Source of the DNA: Candidatus Micrarchaeota archaeon
GTDB lineage: Archaea > Micrarchaeota > Micrarchaeia > Norongarragalinales > SBBD01
Reading direction: 5' to 3'
Length of the DNA: 32,000 nt
NCBI GenBank assembly: GCA_043803465.1
Contig: JAZDKC010000033.1
Span: 18,085-50,084, forward strand
This document shows positions 17,892 to 26,001 of this stretch, piece after piece. A program made the translations under genes and the position numbers. Positions within the stretch are counted from its first letter, which is position 1; each line of letters opens with the position of its first letter. The notes beneath the pieces were generated by a model. That model had not been told where the DNA came from. It did no database searches and saw only the letters and a list, made by a program, of their open reading frames with translations.

Positions 17892-18024
17892 CGTTTGCCT
17901 CTACCCCCCTATTCCGAATCAGATCTTGAAAACATAATCTACAACACCTATATGGGGGCACATCCCCCCTACTCGTGTTGCCTCTACCCCCCTATTCCGA
18001 ATCAGATTTTGAACACGTAGTCCA
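17892..18024 (-). repeat. direct duplication (period 83 bp) of the GGR gene 3' end plus its 3' flank
   Basis: 17896-17924 equals 17979-18007 exactly (29 nt: last codon, TGA and 23 nt of flank). The preceding codons differ only at third positions: copy in gene GAC TAC GTG TTC AAA ATC TGA, downstream copy GAT TAT GTT TTC AAG ATC TGA. Both read DYVFKI*. Confidence 0.9.
17943..17993 (-). repeat. two-tier hairpin element plus C-rich tail, copy 1 (homologous to 28675-28724)
   Basis: The plus strand reads aacac-cta-ta(t)ggggg-cacatc-ccccc-ta-ctc-gtgtt, then gcctctacccccct. It aligns at about 80% identity with the hydrogenase-locus element. Confidence 0.8.
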
Positions 18025-19177
18025 TATCCCCGTATTTTTCAAGTAATTTGCCCATTCCGATCCGACGGCCGACCCCGACCCCCAGTTCTGAGAGCCAATT
18101 CGGCATCAGGCGGTAAAGCCGGTGGAGCAGGTAATGCAATTTGAGGGTTTCGCCGTGCTGGAGCTGCCATGCTGATTCATAATCGAGTTCCTTCCCTTCA
18201 ATTAAATATTCGGCTGTCCCCTTGGCAGCCACTTTTGCGCATTTGGCGCCGAAATTCACCCCCCCTCCGCTCGTTGCCTTCACCTGTCCGGCTGCATCCC
18301 CAACGAGGAGAGCATAGGAGTTGCCGAATCGCTTCTGGGTGTGCTTCCGATACCTCAAGGGAATCATGTGATGAAACTCAAATGTTTTATGGCTGCCTTT
18401 AATGATATTAGCTAGGTAAGGGTTCTCGAGTGCGGCCCTTTTGGCATTTTCAATTTTATTGATTTCCGTGGTTGCAACACCGATCCGGATCCTCTCGTCC
18501 GAAATGGGAATCGTCCAAGCAAAAAAATTCCGGTAATGCGACTGGTCCAGGATCAGGTCTACAATATCCTTTTCGGGCACATCCGCCTTCGAATATTCGG
18601 CCTGGTAGCAAATTACGCAATCAGACAGCTTGATGGGGGGGAATCCGAGCTTTCTGGCCGTGAGGGAGGCGTTCCCGTCGCAGCCTATGATGACGTTTGA
18701 TGAAAAAGCGCCGTCATCGGTTGTTTGCACGTTGATTTTCTGGTTTACTTCGAACCCCCTGACGCGGGTGTTCAAATGCAGGTTTGCGCCCGCAGCAACA
18801 GCCTCATCCGCAGCCCTTTCATCAAAGGATTGGCGCGGAAGCACAACCGCTTGGACCGCGGATGATTTGACCTTCAATTCCTCCTTGCCTGCAATGATCC
18901 GGGCACCCCTGATCTCATTCAAAATCAGGTCCGCATAATTGACTCCGGTAAAATCCATCCCGTGCTTGGAAAATATGCCCCCGCACTTGCCGAACTTGCC
19001 TACCCTTGAATCCTCTTCCAGCAGGTCGACCTCTATCCCCCTCTTGACCAGCTCTTTAGCTGTAATCGAGCCTACTGCGCTTGCGCCTATTACGATTGCA
19101 TGTTTTTCCATCAAAATACCCAAATTGCGCGTTATATTGTGTTTGAGCCCCCGTTGCCCCGCTTTTAATACTGCCAC
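18002..19177 (-). CDS. geranylgeranyl reductase family FAD-dependent oxidoreductase (digeranylgeranylglycerophospholipid reductase-like)
   Basis: N-terminal dinucleotide fold HAIVIGASAVGSITAKELVKRGIEVDLLEE. GCDG. The GGR-typical LVGDAAGQVKATSGGGV. The real start is probably the ATG at 19111 (MEKHAIVIG...); the track start at 19177 is a GTG. Confidence 0.85.
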   Translation of the reverse strand: MAVLKAGQRGLKHNITRNLGILMEKHAIVIGASAVGSITAKELVKRGIEVDLLEEDSRVGKFGKCGGIFSKHGMDFTGVNYADLILNEIRGARIIAGKEELKVKSSAVQAVVLPRQSFDERAADEAVAAGANLHLNTRVRGFEVNQKINVQTTDDGAFSSNVIIGCDGNASLTARKLGFPPIKLSDCVICYQAEYSKADVPEKDIVDLILDQSHYRNFFAWTIPISDERIRIGVATTEINKIENAKRAALENPYLANIIKGSHKTFEFHHMIPLRYRKHTQKRFGNSYALLVGDAAGQVKATSGGGVNFGAKCAKVAAKGTAEYLIEGKELDYESAWQLQHGETLKLHYLLHRLYRLMPNWLSELGVGVGRRIGMGKLLEKYGDMDYVFKI

Positions 19178-19264
19178 ATCATAGTTTTGTTCACTTTAGG
19201 TAAACAAATAACTTTAAAATACTCCTTATTCTATGAATGTAAAATAACTTGCGGGGATTAAAAT

Positions 19265-19555
19265 ATGGATGCGATCGGGGCGATTCAGGCCGTAGTTGGC
19301 ATAGCGTTATTCCTGGCTGCGGGCTACTCGTGTTCGCTTGTGTTCTTTAAGAAAAATGAGGCGGATTTGATTGAGCGCATTGTTTACAGCCTGACGTTTT
19401 CGGTAACAATTCCGCCACTCGCAATTTTCTTCCTCAATTTCCTCCTTCGCCTTCCGATCAACGCGCTTACGGTATACTTTGTTTATCTCGCGGTCTCCGG
19501 GGCGGGTTATGCTTACCATATGATTTATGGGGAAGGAAAGGCGCACAAAGGCTGA
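19265..19555 (+). CDS. small membrane protein (3 TM), hypothetical
   Basis: Three hydrophobic helices. The stop at 19553-19555 lies 6 nt before the presenilin-homologue ATG, so the two are probably co-transcribed. Confidence 0.45.
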   Translation: MDAIGAIQAVVGIALFLAAGYSCSLVFFKKNEADLIERIVYSLTFSVTIPPLAIFFLNFLLRLPINALTVYFVYLAVSGAGYAYHMIYGEGKAHKG

Positions 19556-19561
19556 TTGTCT

Positions 19562-20425
19562 ATGAGAGTCGGTTCCTTTTTCATGCTTTTGTCCTTCATC
19601 AATGTGCAGTTATTCGCGCTGATCATCGGATGGCTATTTGTGATCATGCAGGTTACGGTGACGGAAAATCCGGCAGATATAGGGAATTCGGCCAGTTTTT
19701 TCATAACGATACTGATTGCCGCAGCGGCCATCCTGCTTGTCTTAAAGTACTACAAGGGCAAAATGCTATTTTTATTGCTGGAGCTCGCGCTGATATTCAT
19801 CTCATTTAGCATTTTCTTTGGATTGTTTCCAATAGGCGATTGGGCGCTTTCCGGCGGGGCCATTGCAGTGATACTAAGGCTCCTATTTCCCGCCTACCGC
19901 AATATTTACCTCTTATTTGCTTCGGGGATTGTGGGCGCCCTGCTCGGAGCTTCGTTGGATATCGTCCCCGCAGCCATATTGGCGATGCTTCTTGCGGTAT
20001 ACGATGTGATTGCGGTCTTTTACACAAAGCACATGGTTACGCTGGCAAAGGAGCTGCATGAGCGCGAGGCGGGCTTTAGCATCACATTCCCGATGGATTT
20101 CAAGGCGCAGGTTGTTGTCCCAAAGGATCAAACAGAAAAAATGAAAAAGCTCTACAAGGTCGTCAGGAAGGAAGCTGTTGAATTGGGGACGGGCGACCTT
20201 GCAATTCCCGCCATGCTGGTCGCATCAGCGCTCCATGTCCCGGGCTTCATGGTTCCCACATTCTGGCATGCGATGTTCACAATGCTCGGAGCGACTTTCG
20301 GGATGACCTTGCTGTTCTATTTCATTGAAAAGAAGAAAGGATATTGGCCTGCTTTGCCGCCCATTGTTTTCTTTGCGCTCCTTGCGCTCGTTCTCTATCA
20401 TTTCGGGCCGATAAAATTAGGGTAA
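19562..20425 (+). CDS. presenilin / signal-peptide-peptidase homologue (A22-family GxGD intramembrane aspartyl protease)
   Basis: YD motif (LLAVYDVIAVFY), GxGD motif (LGTGDLAIPAML) and PAL motif (YWPALPP), in the canonical order within a polytopic membrane protein of about 287 aa. Confidence 0.85.
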   Translation: MRVGSFFMLLSFINVQLFALIIGWLFVIMQVTVTENPADIGNSASFFITILIAAAAILLVLKYYKGKMLFLLLELALIFISFSIFFGLFPIGDWALSGGAIAVILRLLFPAYRNIYLLFASGIVGALLGASLDIVPAAILAMLLAVYDVIAVFYTKHMVTLAKELHEREAGFSITFPMDFKAQVVVPKDQTEKMKKLYKVVRKEAVELGTGDLAIPAMLVASALHVPGFMVPTFWHAMFTMLGATFGMTLLFYFIEKKKGYWPALPPIVFFALLALVLYHFGPIKLG

Positions 20426-20481
20426 AGCGAAATTTGCCCCAATGGCACTGGTTTTTGGATCCTCTGATTTTGCAAAAGCCA

Positions 20482-21297
20482 TTATTTTCCAATCGCTTTT
20501 TGAAATGCGCTTGGCAGGCTATCCGCAAGATCATCAGCATCGAAATGCACGCCCTTTTCCCTCTTCAATAAATCGCCCGCATACCCGTTCAGGAATATTG
20601 CGGATTTGGCGGCAAGAAAAATGTTATTTTTGCACGCCAGGGCGGCGGTTAATCCGGCGAGTGTATCCCCGGTTCCCCCTTTGGTCATGCCCTCATTCCC
20701 GGTCTCATTCAGTTCAAGAACTTTTCCATCTGAGACAAGGTCCGCTTCCGGATGCTTCAGGAGGATGACGCAATTGTATTTCTTGGCCATTTCGAATGCT
20801 GCCCGCTGATTGCCGGATTTGCCAAAAAGCGATATGAACTCCAAAACATGCGGGGTGATGCATACGTTCCAGTTCAGAAGCTTCTTGTCGACCATATGGA
20901 GCGCCCCGGCATCAAGCACGAATTTCTTATGCCGATTGAATTTTTTCAAAAGTGAGTTGACCAAACGCTTGTTTTCGGCATTGATTTCCATCCCATTCCC
21001 CATCAGGACGCAATTGGATTTTTCAATGGCAAATTCAAGCTCCTTTTTTTCGATTGCAATAAACGTATTCTTTTGGGCTTTCAGGAAACGAAGGAGCTGC
21101 ATATTCGCCTTTTCCGGCGAGAAAAAATAAACAAGGTCCACGAATCTGCTTGCCGATTTGATAGCCAATAACGGGGCGCCATGGTACTTCCTTGAGCCTC
21201 CGATAATCGTGAGGACGCCGTTTTGGCCCTTATGCGACTTCTCCGGAGGCACATACAGCTTTGAGAGTATATTTGCGTCTATTTTGCCGATTTTCAT
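20482..21297 (-). CDS. nnrD: ADP/ATP-dependent NAD(P)H-hydrate dehydratase (YjeF C-terminal / carbohydrate-kinase family)
   Basis: HKGQNGVLTIIGGSRKYHGAPLLA near the N-terminus and GGTGDTLAGLTAAL near the C-terminus are YjeF_C hallmarks. Confidence 0.9.
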   Translation of the reverse strand: MKIGKIDANILSKLYVPPEKSHKGQNGVLTIIGGSRKYHGAPLLAIKSASRFVDLVYFFSPEKANMQLLRFLKAQKNTFIAIEKKELEFAIEKSNCVLMGNGMEINAENKRLVNSLLKKFNRHKKFVLDAGALHMVDKKLLNWNVCITPHVLEFISLFGKSGNQRAAFEMAKKYNCVILLKHPEADLVSDGKVLELNETGNEGMTKGGTGDTLAGLTAALACKNNIFLAAKSAIFLNGYAGDLLKREKGVHFDADDLADSLPSAFQKAIGK

Positions 21298-21324
21298 AAA
21301 AAGAGAAAGAAAAAGCGCTTAAAT

Positions 21325-21348
21325 AAGATGTTGTTTGAGGCACATCTT
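21325..21348 (-). terminator. small hairpin between the copA stop and the nnrD start
   Basis: aagatgt-(10 nt)-acatctt, a 7-bp stem. Its function (attenuation or processing) is unknown. Confidence 0.25.
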
Positions 21349-21356
21349 CCTACTTA

Positions 21357-23555
21357 TCAAAGCTTGGTCAATTTCAAGGAGAGCGCATTCATTACAACGG
21401 AAACTGAGCTCATAGCCATGGCAGCACCGGCAATTGCAGGCGAGAGGAGCCATCCCGTGGAGGAGTAAAACACACCGGCAGCAACGGGTATCCCCACTAT
21501 GTTGTATGCCAAAGCCCAAAACAGCCCCTGCTTGATTTTTGAAAGCGTCTTCCTTCCCAATAACAGCGACCTGGGCACGTCCTCGACATTATTTTTCATA
21601 AGCACGATGCTTCCGCTTTCCATTGCAATATCCGTTCCACTCGCCATGGCAATGCCCACATCGGCCTGCGCCAAAGCGGGCGCATCATTGATGCCATCGC
21701 CCACCATTGCGACCACTTTGCCAGCGTTCTGAAGCGCCTTGATTTTTTCTGCCTTTCCTGGGGGGAGTACGTTCGCGATTACCTTTCCGATGCCCGCATC
21801 CCTCGCTATTGCCCTCGCAGTCCTTTCATTGTCTCCCGTCAGCAAAATCGATTCTATTCCCATCCGCCTTAATCTTTCAACTGCCCTTCTTGCATTGGGT
21901 TTTATCTCGTCCCTAACTGCGATGGCCCCCAGCGCCTTTAGCCTTCCTTCCCTGCCCCCGAAAAGCACCATTGCGGTCTTTCCCCCCTCCTCAAGTGCTT
22001 CCAGCTTGCTGATTTTGCCTTTCATCAGATTCGGCGAGCCCATGAAATAATCCTTGCCATCCAATTTCCCGCCAACGCCCTTGCCTGGCACCGCTTTGAA
22101 TCCCACGATTCGTGTAATGCCTATCTTTTCCGCAACTGCTTTTTCAACAATCGCTTCTGCCAAAGGATGCTCGCTTGGCTTTTCCAATGACGCGGCAAGA
22201 TGCAAAATCTCTCTTTCTTTCAAATTCCCAAGCCGGATAATGTCCGTAACAACCGGCTTTCCTTGCGTAATGGTGCCTGTTTTGTCGAATACGATCGCAT
22301 TGATTTTCCCGGTCCGCTCGAACGCTTCTGGGTTCTTGATCAATATCCCTTTTTCAGCGCCCATTCCGGTCCCCACCATTATTGCAGTAGGAGTGGCCAA
22401 GCCCAACGCACACGGGCAAGCAATCACAAGGACGGAAACCCCCGCAAGAAGCGCGAAATGGAACGGCTGGCCCAAAAGCAACCAAACCCCAAAGGTAATT
22501 ATCGCGATTACAATAACCGCAGGAACAAAAATCGCAGAAATTTCATCGGCAAAACGCTGAATCGGCGCCCTGCTTCCCTGCGCTTCCTCGACTATTTCCA
22601 TAATCTGTGCCAGAACGGTGTCCTTCCCGACTTTTTCAGCTTTGAAGGTGATTGTGCCGTGCTTGTTGATTGTTGCACAAAACACCTTTGAACCTTTTGT
22701 TTTTTCAACTGGCATGGATTCGCCGGTGAGCATTGATTCGTCAACGGTTGAATCCCCATTTACAACAATGCCATCGACCGGGATTTTTCCCCCCGGCCTC
22801 ACCCTCATCAGGTCACCAACAACAACTTCCTCAATTGGTATTGCCACCTCTTTCCCGTGCCGAATGACCTCCGCGGTTTTAGGCGTCAAACTCATCAGCT
22901 TCTTTATTGCCTCGCTCGCCTTCCCTTTGGTAAATGCCTCCAAATACTTCCCTAGCAGGACGAAAGAGATCAATACGGCTCCAATCTCAAAATACTGCTC
23001 CTGCACGTAACCAAAAAGCGCCACAACTGAATATATGTAGGCAACGGATGTGCCCATTGCAATAAGCGTATCCATGTTTGCGGTTTTAGCCTTCAGCGCA
23101 GAAATGGCGCCATCATAGAATTGCCGTCCTGCCCAGAACTGGACCGGAGAGGCTAAAATGAACAAGATCAACTTCTGATTTTGCCATTCCATCCCAAACA
23201 TCCCAACCAAAAATGCGGGAATTGCAAGTGCGAATGAGACCAGTGCCTTTTTCTTCAGGAGCGCATATTCCTCCTTCCGGAGCATTTCCGCATGGTTGTT
23301 GGATCCGCCATGCAATTTTCCTTGTTCGCATGGCTTTAACAGATCTTCTTTAGGAATTGCCCTATACCCTTGCGCTGCAACCGCTGCCATCAGGTCGTTT
23401 ATCGTTACTTTTTTTTCATCGTATTCCACATCCGCCTTCTCAGCGGCATAATTCACATTTGCTTCCAGAACGCCGGGGGTCTTCTTCAGTGCTTTGGCTA
23501 TGCGCAGGCTGCAAGTGGCGCAATGCATCCCAATAATTTCGAATTTTGTCTTCAT
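21357..23555 (-). CDS. copA: copper-translocating P1B-type ATPase
   Basis: N-terminal HMA domain [16 protein letters not shown] motif ([11 protein letters not shown]). DKTGTIT phosphorylation site. [10 protein letters not shown] hinge. Confidence 0.95.
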   Translation of the reverse strand: MKTKFEIIGMHCATCSLRIAKALKKTPGVLEANVNYAAEKADVEYDEKKVTINDLMAAVAAQGYRAIPKEDLLKPCEQGKLHGGSNNHAEMLRKEEYALLKKKALVSFALAIPAFLVGMFGMEWQNQKLILFILASPVQFWAGRQFYDGAISALKAKTANMDTLIAMGTSVAYIYSVVALFGYVQEQYFEIGAVLISFVLLGKYLEAFTKGKASEAIKKLMSLTPKTAEVIRHGKEVAIPIEEVVVGDLMRVRPGGKIPVDGIVVNGDSTVDESMLTGESMPVEKTKGSKVFCATINKHGTITFKAEKVGKDTVLAQIMEIVEEAQGSRAPIQRFADEISAIFVPAVIVIAIITFGVWLLLGQPFHFALLAGVSVLVIACPCALGLATPTAIMVGTGMGAEKGILIKNPEAFERTGKINAIVFDKTGTITQGKPVVTDIIRLGNLKEREILHLAASLEKPSEHPLAEAIVEKAVAEKIGITRIVGFKAVPGKGVGGKLDGKDYFMGSPNLMKGKISKLEALEEGGKTAMVLFGGREGRLKALGAIAVRDEIKPNARRAVERLRRMGIESILLTGDNERTARAIARDAGIGKVIANVLPPGKAEKIKALQNAGKVVAMVGDGINDAPALAQADVGIAMASGTDIAMESGSIVLMKNNVEDVPRSLLLGRKTLSKIKQGLFWALAYNIVGIPVAAGVFYSSTGWLLSPAIAGAAMAMSSVSVVMNALSLKLTKL

Positions 23556-23561
23556 TTTGTT

Positions 23562-24476
23562 TCACCCAACTAAAACCGCAGCTGATTTTGGGCCGTAAAT
23601 CATTATGAGGAGCGTGATTAAGTGCGCGATTAATGACACGGCTATAAAACCAGATATCCCTGGCCTTTCCGCCTTGAAGCCCATATTTTCCTTGTGGATC
23701 ATGTAGCCCAGGCCGAACATGATTAGCATGAAACTTCCCAGCAGGAACACGAGGAATATTTTCAAGTTGTCGAAAATCATCATCACCGAAAGCATTGCAC
23801 CCATTGTCCCTGCCATCAAGCCGCCCATCAGCCCCTCTAAGATGCCCATTACTCCGCAGCAATAGCCCATATATGCGCCAGCTGCCATTCCAATCAGCAT
23901 CCCGTAGACGCTTCCCAGGAACATGCCGTTTGTCGCCCCGATAATTGCGCCTGCCAAAAACCCCGCGGACATCCCTATGGTCATGCCGACCATCATCCCG
24001 TTCATGTGCGTGAACGAATCCCGGTATGCTTCGACCTGCCAGGCAACTGCAATAATCACCGTGCAAGAAAGTAGTGAAAGGGATGCGTAATAAGTGTTAC
24101 CCGGGGATAAAATTCCAATCAAATTCATTAGCACGGTCGAGGCAGAAAGGAGCAAAAACGAATAAATCAATAATTCGAAACCCTTTGCCTCCACCTTGTA
24201 ATTTTCTCTGTTGAAAATTACGCCGTAAACGAAATTATTAAGTCGCTGCTTTCCTTTTCCACTTCTAGGCACGCGTTCAAAGGATGTTGAATAGCCCATC
24301 TCCTCAAGTTCCTTAGCCATATCTTCCATCTTGCCGGCCTCACCGTCCAATCTCGCCCGCTTCTGCTGGAAATCAGCAGCTTCCAGCTTGACACCGTGCT
24401 TTGCGGCAATTTTTTCCACCAGCCGTTCGCAGGCTTCGCAATTCAACTCTTTGATATAGACGTCCTTTTCAACCAT
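23562..24476 (-). CDS. HMA-domain (CxxC) protein fused to a polytopic Gly/Met-rich membrane domain; putative copper-handling membrane protein
   Basis: N-terminus IKELNCEACERLVEKIAAKHGV is HMA-like with CxxC. The protein has about 6-7 TM helices. These include MNGMMVGMTIGMSAGFLAGAIIGATNGMFLGSVYGMLIGMAAGAYMGYCCGVMGILEGLMGGLMAGTMGAMLSVMM. It lies 7 nt upstream of copA in the same operon. Confidence 0.7.
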   Translation of the reverse strand: MVEKDVYIKELNCEACERLVEKIAAKHGVKLEAADFQQKRARLDGEAGKMEDMAKELEEMGYSTSFERVPRSGKGKQRLNNFVYGVIFNRENYKVEAKGFELLIYSFLLLSASTVLMNLIGILSPGNTYYASLSLLSCTVIIAVAWQVEAYRDSFTHMNGMMVGMTIGMSAGFLAGAIIGATNGMFLGSVYGMLIGMAAGAYMGYCCGVMGILEGLMGGLMAGTMGAMLSVMMIFDNLKIFLVFLLGSFMLIMFGLGYMIHKENMGFKAERPGISGFIAVSLIAHLITLLIMIYGPKSAAVLVG

Positions 24477-24497
24477 CTTACCACCTATAAAACCTTT

Positions 24498-24710
24498 TCA
24501 AACGATGCTTTCCACTTTATAGCCGCCTTCCTTCTCTATTGCTTTCACTATTAACTGTTCCGTTGCAGGCGCCTCGAATTCCACAATAGCGACTTGCTTG
24601 CTGAAATCCGCTGTTACTGCCTTCACCCCCTTTACTTCCTTGACATTTTCCGATATCAGATAGTTGCAGCTCTTGCAGTGCATACCTTTAACAAAAAACG
24701 CCTTTTTCAT
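24498..24710 (-). CDS. copZ: copper chaperone, single HMA domain
   Basis: 70 aa, GMHCKSCNYLI metal-binding loop, ferredoxin-like length. Confidence 0.9.
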   Translation of the reverse strand: MKKAFFVKGMHCKSCNYLISENVKEVKGVKAVTADFSKQVAIVEFEAPATEQLIVKAIEKEGGYKVESIV

Positions 24711-24752
24711 ATTATATCACCTATAGCGACCCTTCAATCCATCATTTCGCAT

Positions 24753-25181
24753 CTAATCTGCGTAAAGCACTCCCCGGAACATGTTCATCCCGCACCTGTA
24801 TGTGTATTGGCCTTTCTGGGGTGTGAATTGCGCCTCCACCGTTTCGCCGCTCCTTGAAACAAGGCTAATTCCAAAATCCGGCATTACTAGCTGCCTTCCG
24901 CAACCAGCTGCCGGTTCGGCTGAAAATTTGAGCTTAACGGGAATTCCGGCTTTGACCCGCACAACTTGCTTATCGTACTCCCCAGTAGATAACGCCTTAA
25001 TTTCGATGACTTGCACTGATTCTGGCGCCCTTGAAACCTCTCCACTCCCCAGACTTAGAGTTGGCTGCAATTTGGCCTCGCTCACCACTTCTTCCTTGGG
25101 TGCGGTTATTTGCGCAAATAAAGCCAGTCCCAAAACCCCCGAAATCGCCACTGCGAATAACAGGAGCATGGTCCTATCCAT
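24753..25181 (-). CDS. secreted or membrane-anchored cupredoxin-like domain protein
   Basis: N-terminal signal anchor LLLFAVAISGVLGLALFA. The C-terminal block VRVKAGIPVKLKFSAEPAAGCGRQLVMPDFGI...GQYTYRCGMNMFRGVLY matches the cupredoxin_1-type fold (C...C.M.M ligands). First gene of the cop operon. Confidence 0.7.
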   Translation of the reverse strand: MDRTMLLLFAVAISGVLGLALFAQITAPKEEVVSEAKLQPTLSLGSGEVSRAPESVQVIEIKALSTGEYDKQVVRVKAGIPVKLKFSAEPAAGCGRQLVMPDFGISLVSRSGETVEAQFTPQKGQYTYRCGMNMFRGVLYAD

Positions 25182-25273
25182 ATTCCCACCTGGAATTATC
25201 GTAATTTATTGCAACCTAATTTACAGCATGGTTGGAATAAGATTCGATATTCGATCCATATAGAAGCTTATGG

Positions 25274-25366
25274 TTGAAACAATATATATAAATTCTTGAA
25301 ACAATCAACAGTATTGTTTCAAAAAGGTGAAACTTGAGGGTTGTTTGTTTCAATCAATTGAAACAG
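25274..25366. promoter_or_regulatory. operator/promoter region with six TTGAAACA-type half sites forming two palindromes
   Basis: TTGAAACAAT at 25274-25283 and 25296-25305. ATTGTTTCAA at 25313-25322, forming palindrome 25296-25322 with a 7-nt spacer. TTGTTTCAAT at 25345-25354 plus ATTGAAACA at 25357-25365, forming the second palindrome. TATA-like atatatataaatt at 25282-25294. The region lies between the divergent cop operon and the regulator gene. Confidence 0.55.
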
Positions 25367-25387
25367 TAATAATAGGCGGGTGGGATT

Positions 25388-25876
25388 ATGGCATCAAATA
25401 AAAGGACCTCGTTTGCAATATTACTTATTGCGTTATTCGCACTCTTAATATTCCTGACAGTATTCTCATTCCAGGCGCCGGAGAATTCAGCACTCTCCTC
25501 GTTCTACCACTTGCTATTTGGATTCCATGTAGAGCTGATGCTGCTGCTGGCCATGGTGGGCGTCATTGTGGGTGCAGCAGTATTTTACCTCCTTAGCGAA
25601 AAGGTTGAAAAGAAGGGGCTGGAAGCGAAGGCAGTTGCAGAGCTCGTGCTCAGGTTCATGGACAAGGATGAACGGCTTGTCATAAAGGAACTGCTTCGGA
25701 ACAACGGGAAAATCATGCAGGTTGAAATCTCGAGGTTCGAGGGGATGACGCGGCTGAAGGCGCATCGGATCGTGGGAAAGCTGGAATCAATGGGGATTAT
25801 CGACGTGCAGAAATCCGGAAAAATGAAAATCATCCATCTAAAGGAGGAGCTCAAGAAGTCGTTGCTCGAAAAATAA
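25388..25876 (+). CDS. membrane-tethered winged-helix transcriptional regulator (putative cop operon regulator)
   Basis: Two N-terminal TM helices (FAILLIALFALLIFLTVF; LMLLLAMVGVIVGAAVFYLL) and a C-terminal wHTH (DKDERLVIKELLRNNGKIMQVEISRFEGMTRLKAHRIVGKLESMGIIDVQK). GGTGG SD. Same architecture as 1714-2286. Confidence 0.65.
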   Translation: MASNKRTSFAILLIALFALLIFLTVFSFQAPENSALSSFYHLLFGFHVELMLLLAMVGVIVGAAVFYLLSEKVEKKGLEAKAVAELVLRFMDKDERLVIKELLRNNGKIMQVEISRFEGMTRLKAHRIVGKLESMGIIDVQKSGKMKIIHLKEELKKSLLEK

Positions 25877-25916
25877 TTAAAAATAAATAAACACCGTTCA
25901 ATCAGCAATACCGCCC

Positions 25917-25988
25917 TTAGCAGCAGCCGCAGCATCCGGAGTGCTTTTTGCCTTTCTTTCCCTTCTTCGCAACAGCTTTTTTCTTCAT
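25917..25988 (-). CDS. small ORF (23 aa) MKKKAVAKKGKKGKKHSGCCGCC: Lys-rich with a C-terminal CCGCC cluster
   Basis: Not in the track, which has a length cut-off. GAGGTG (26000-25995) lies exactly 6 nt before the ATG (25988-25986). TAA at 25919-25917. A T-rich run follows on the minus strand. The upstream duplicated gene end shows the ORF once sat 18 nt after the FNR-like gene stop. Confidence 0.45.
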   Translation of the reverse strand: MKKKAVAKKGKKGKKHSGCCGCC

Positions 25989-26001
25989 ATTTTTCACCTC
26001 T

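Noticed and set aside
17892-18024. Diversity-generating retroelement (template/variable repeat) explanation for the duplicated gene ends (also 26002-26138 and 28621-28792)
   Set aside because: The repeats are only 44-53 nt. No reverse transcriptase is in the window. The mismatches are not adenine-specific; they are C/T, G/T and A/G third-position changes that stay synonymous, the opposite of DGR hypervariation.
20482-25181. nnrD as a functional member of the copper operon
   Set aside because: A 59-bp gap with its own hairpin separates it from copA. NAD(P)HX repair has no known link to copper. Co-orientation alone is insufficient.
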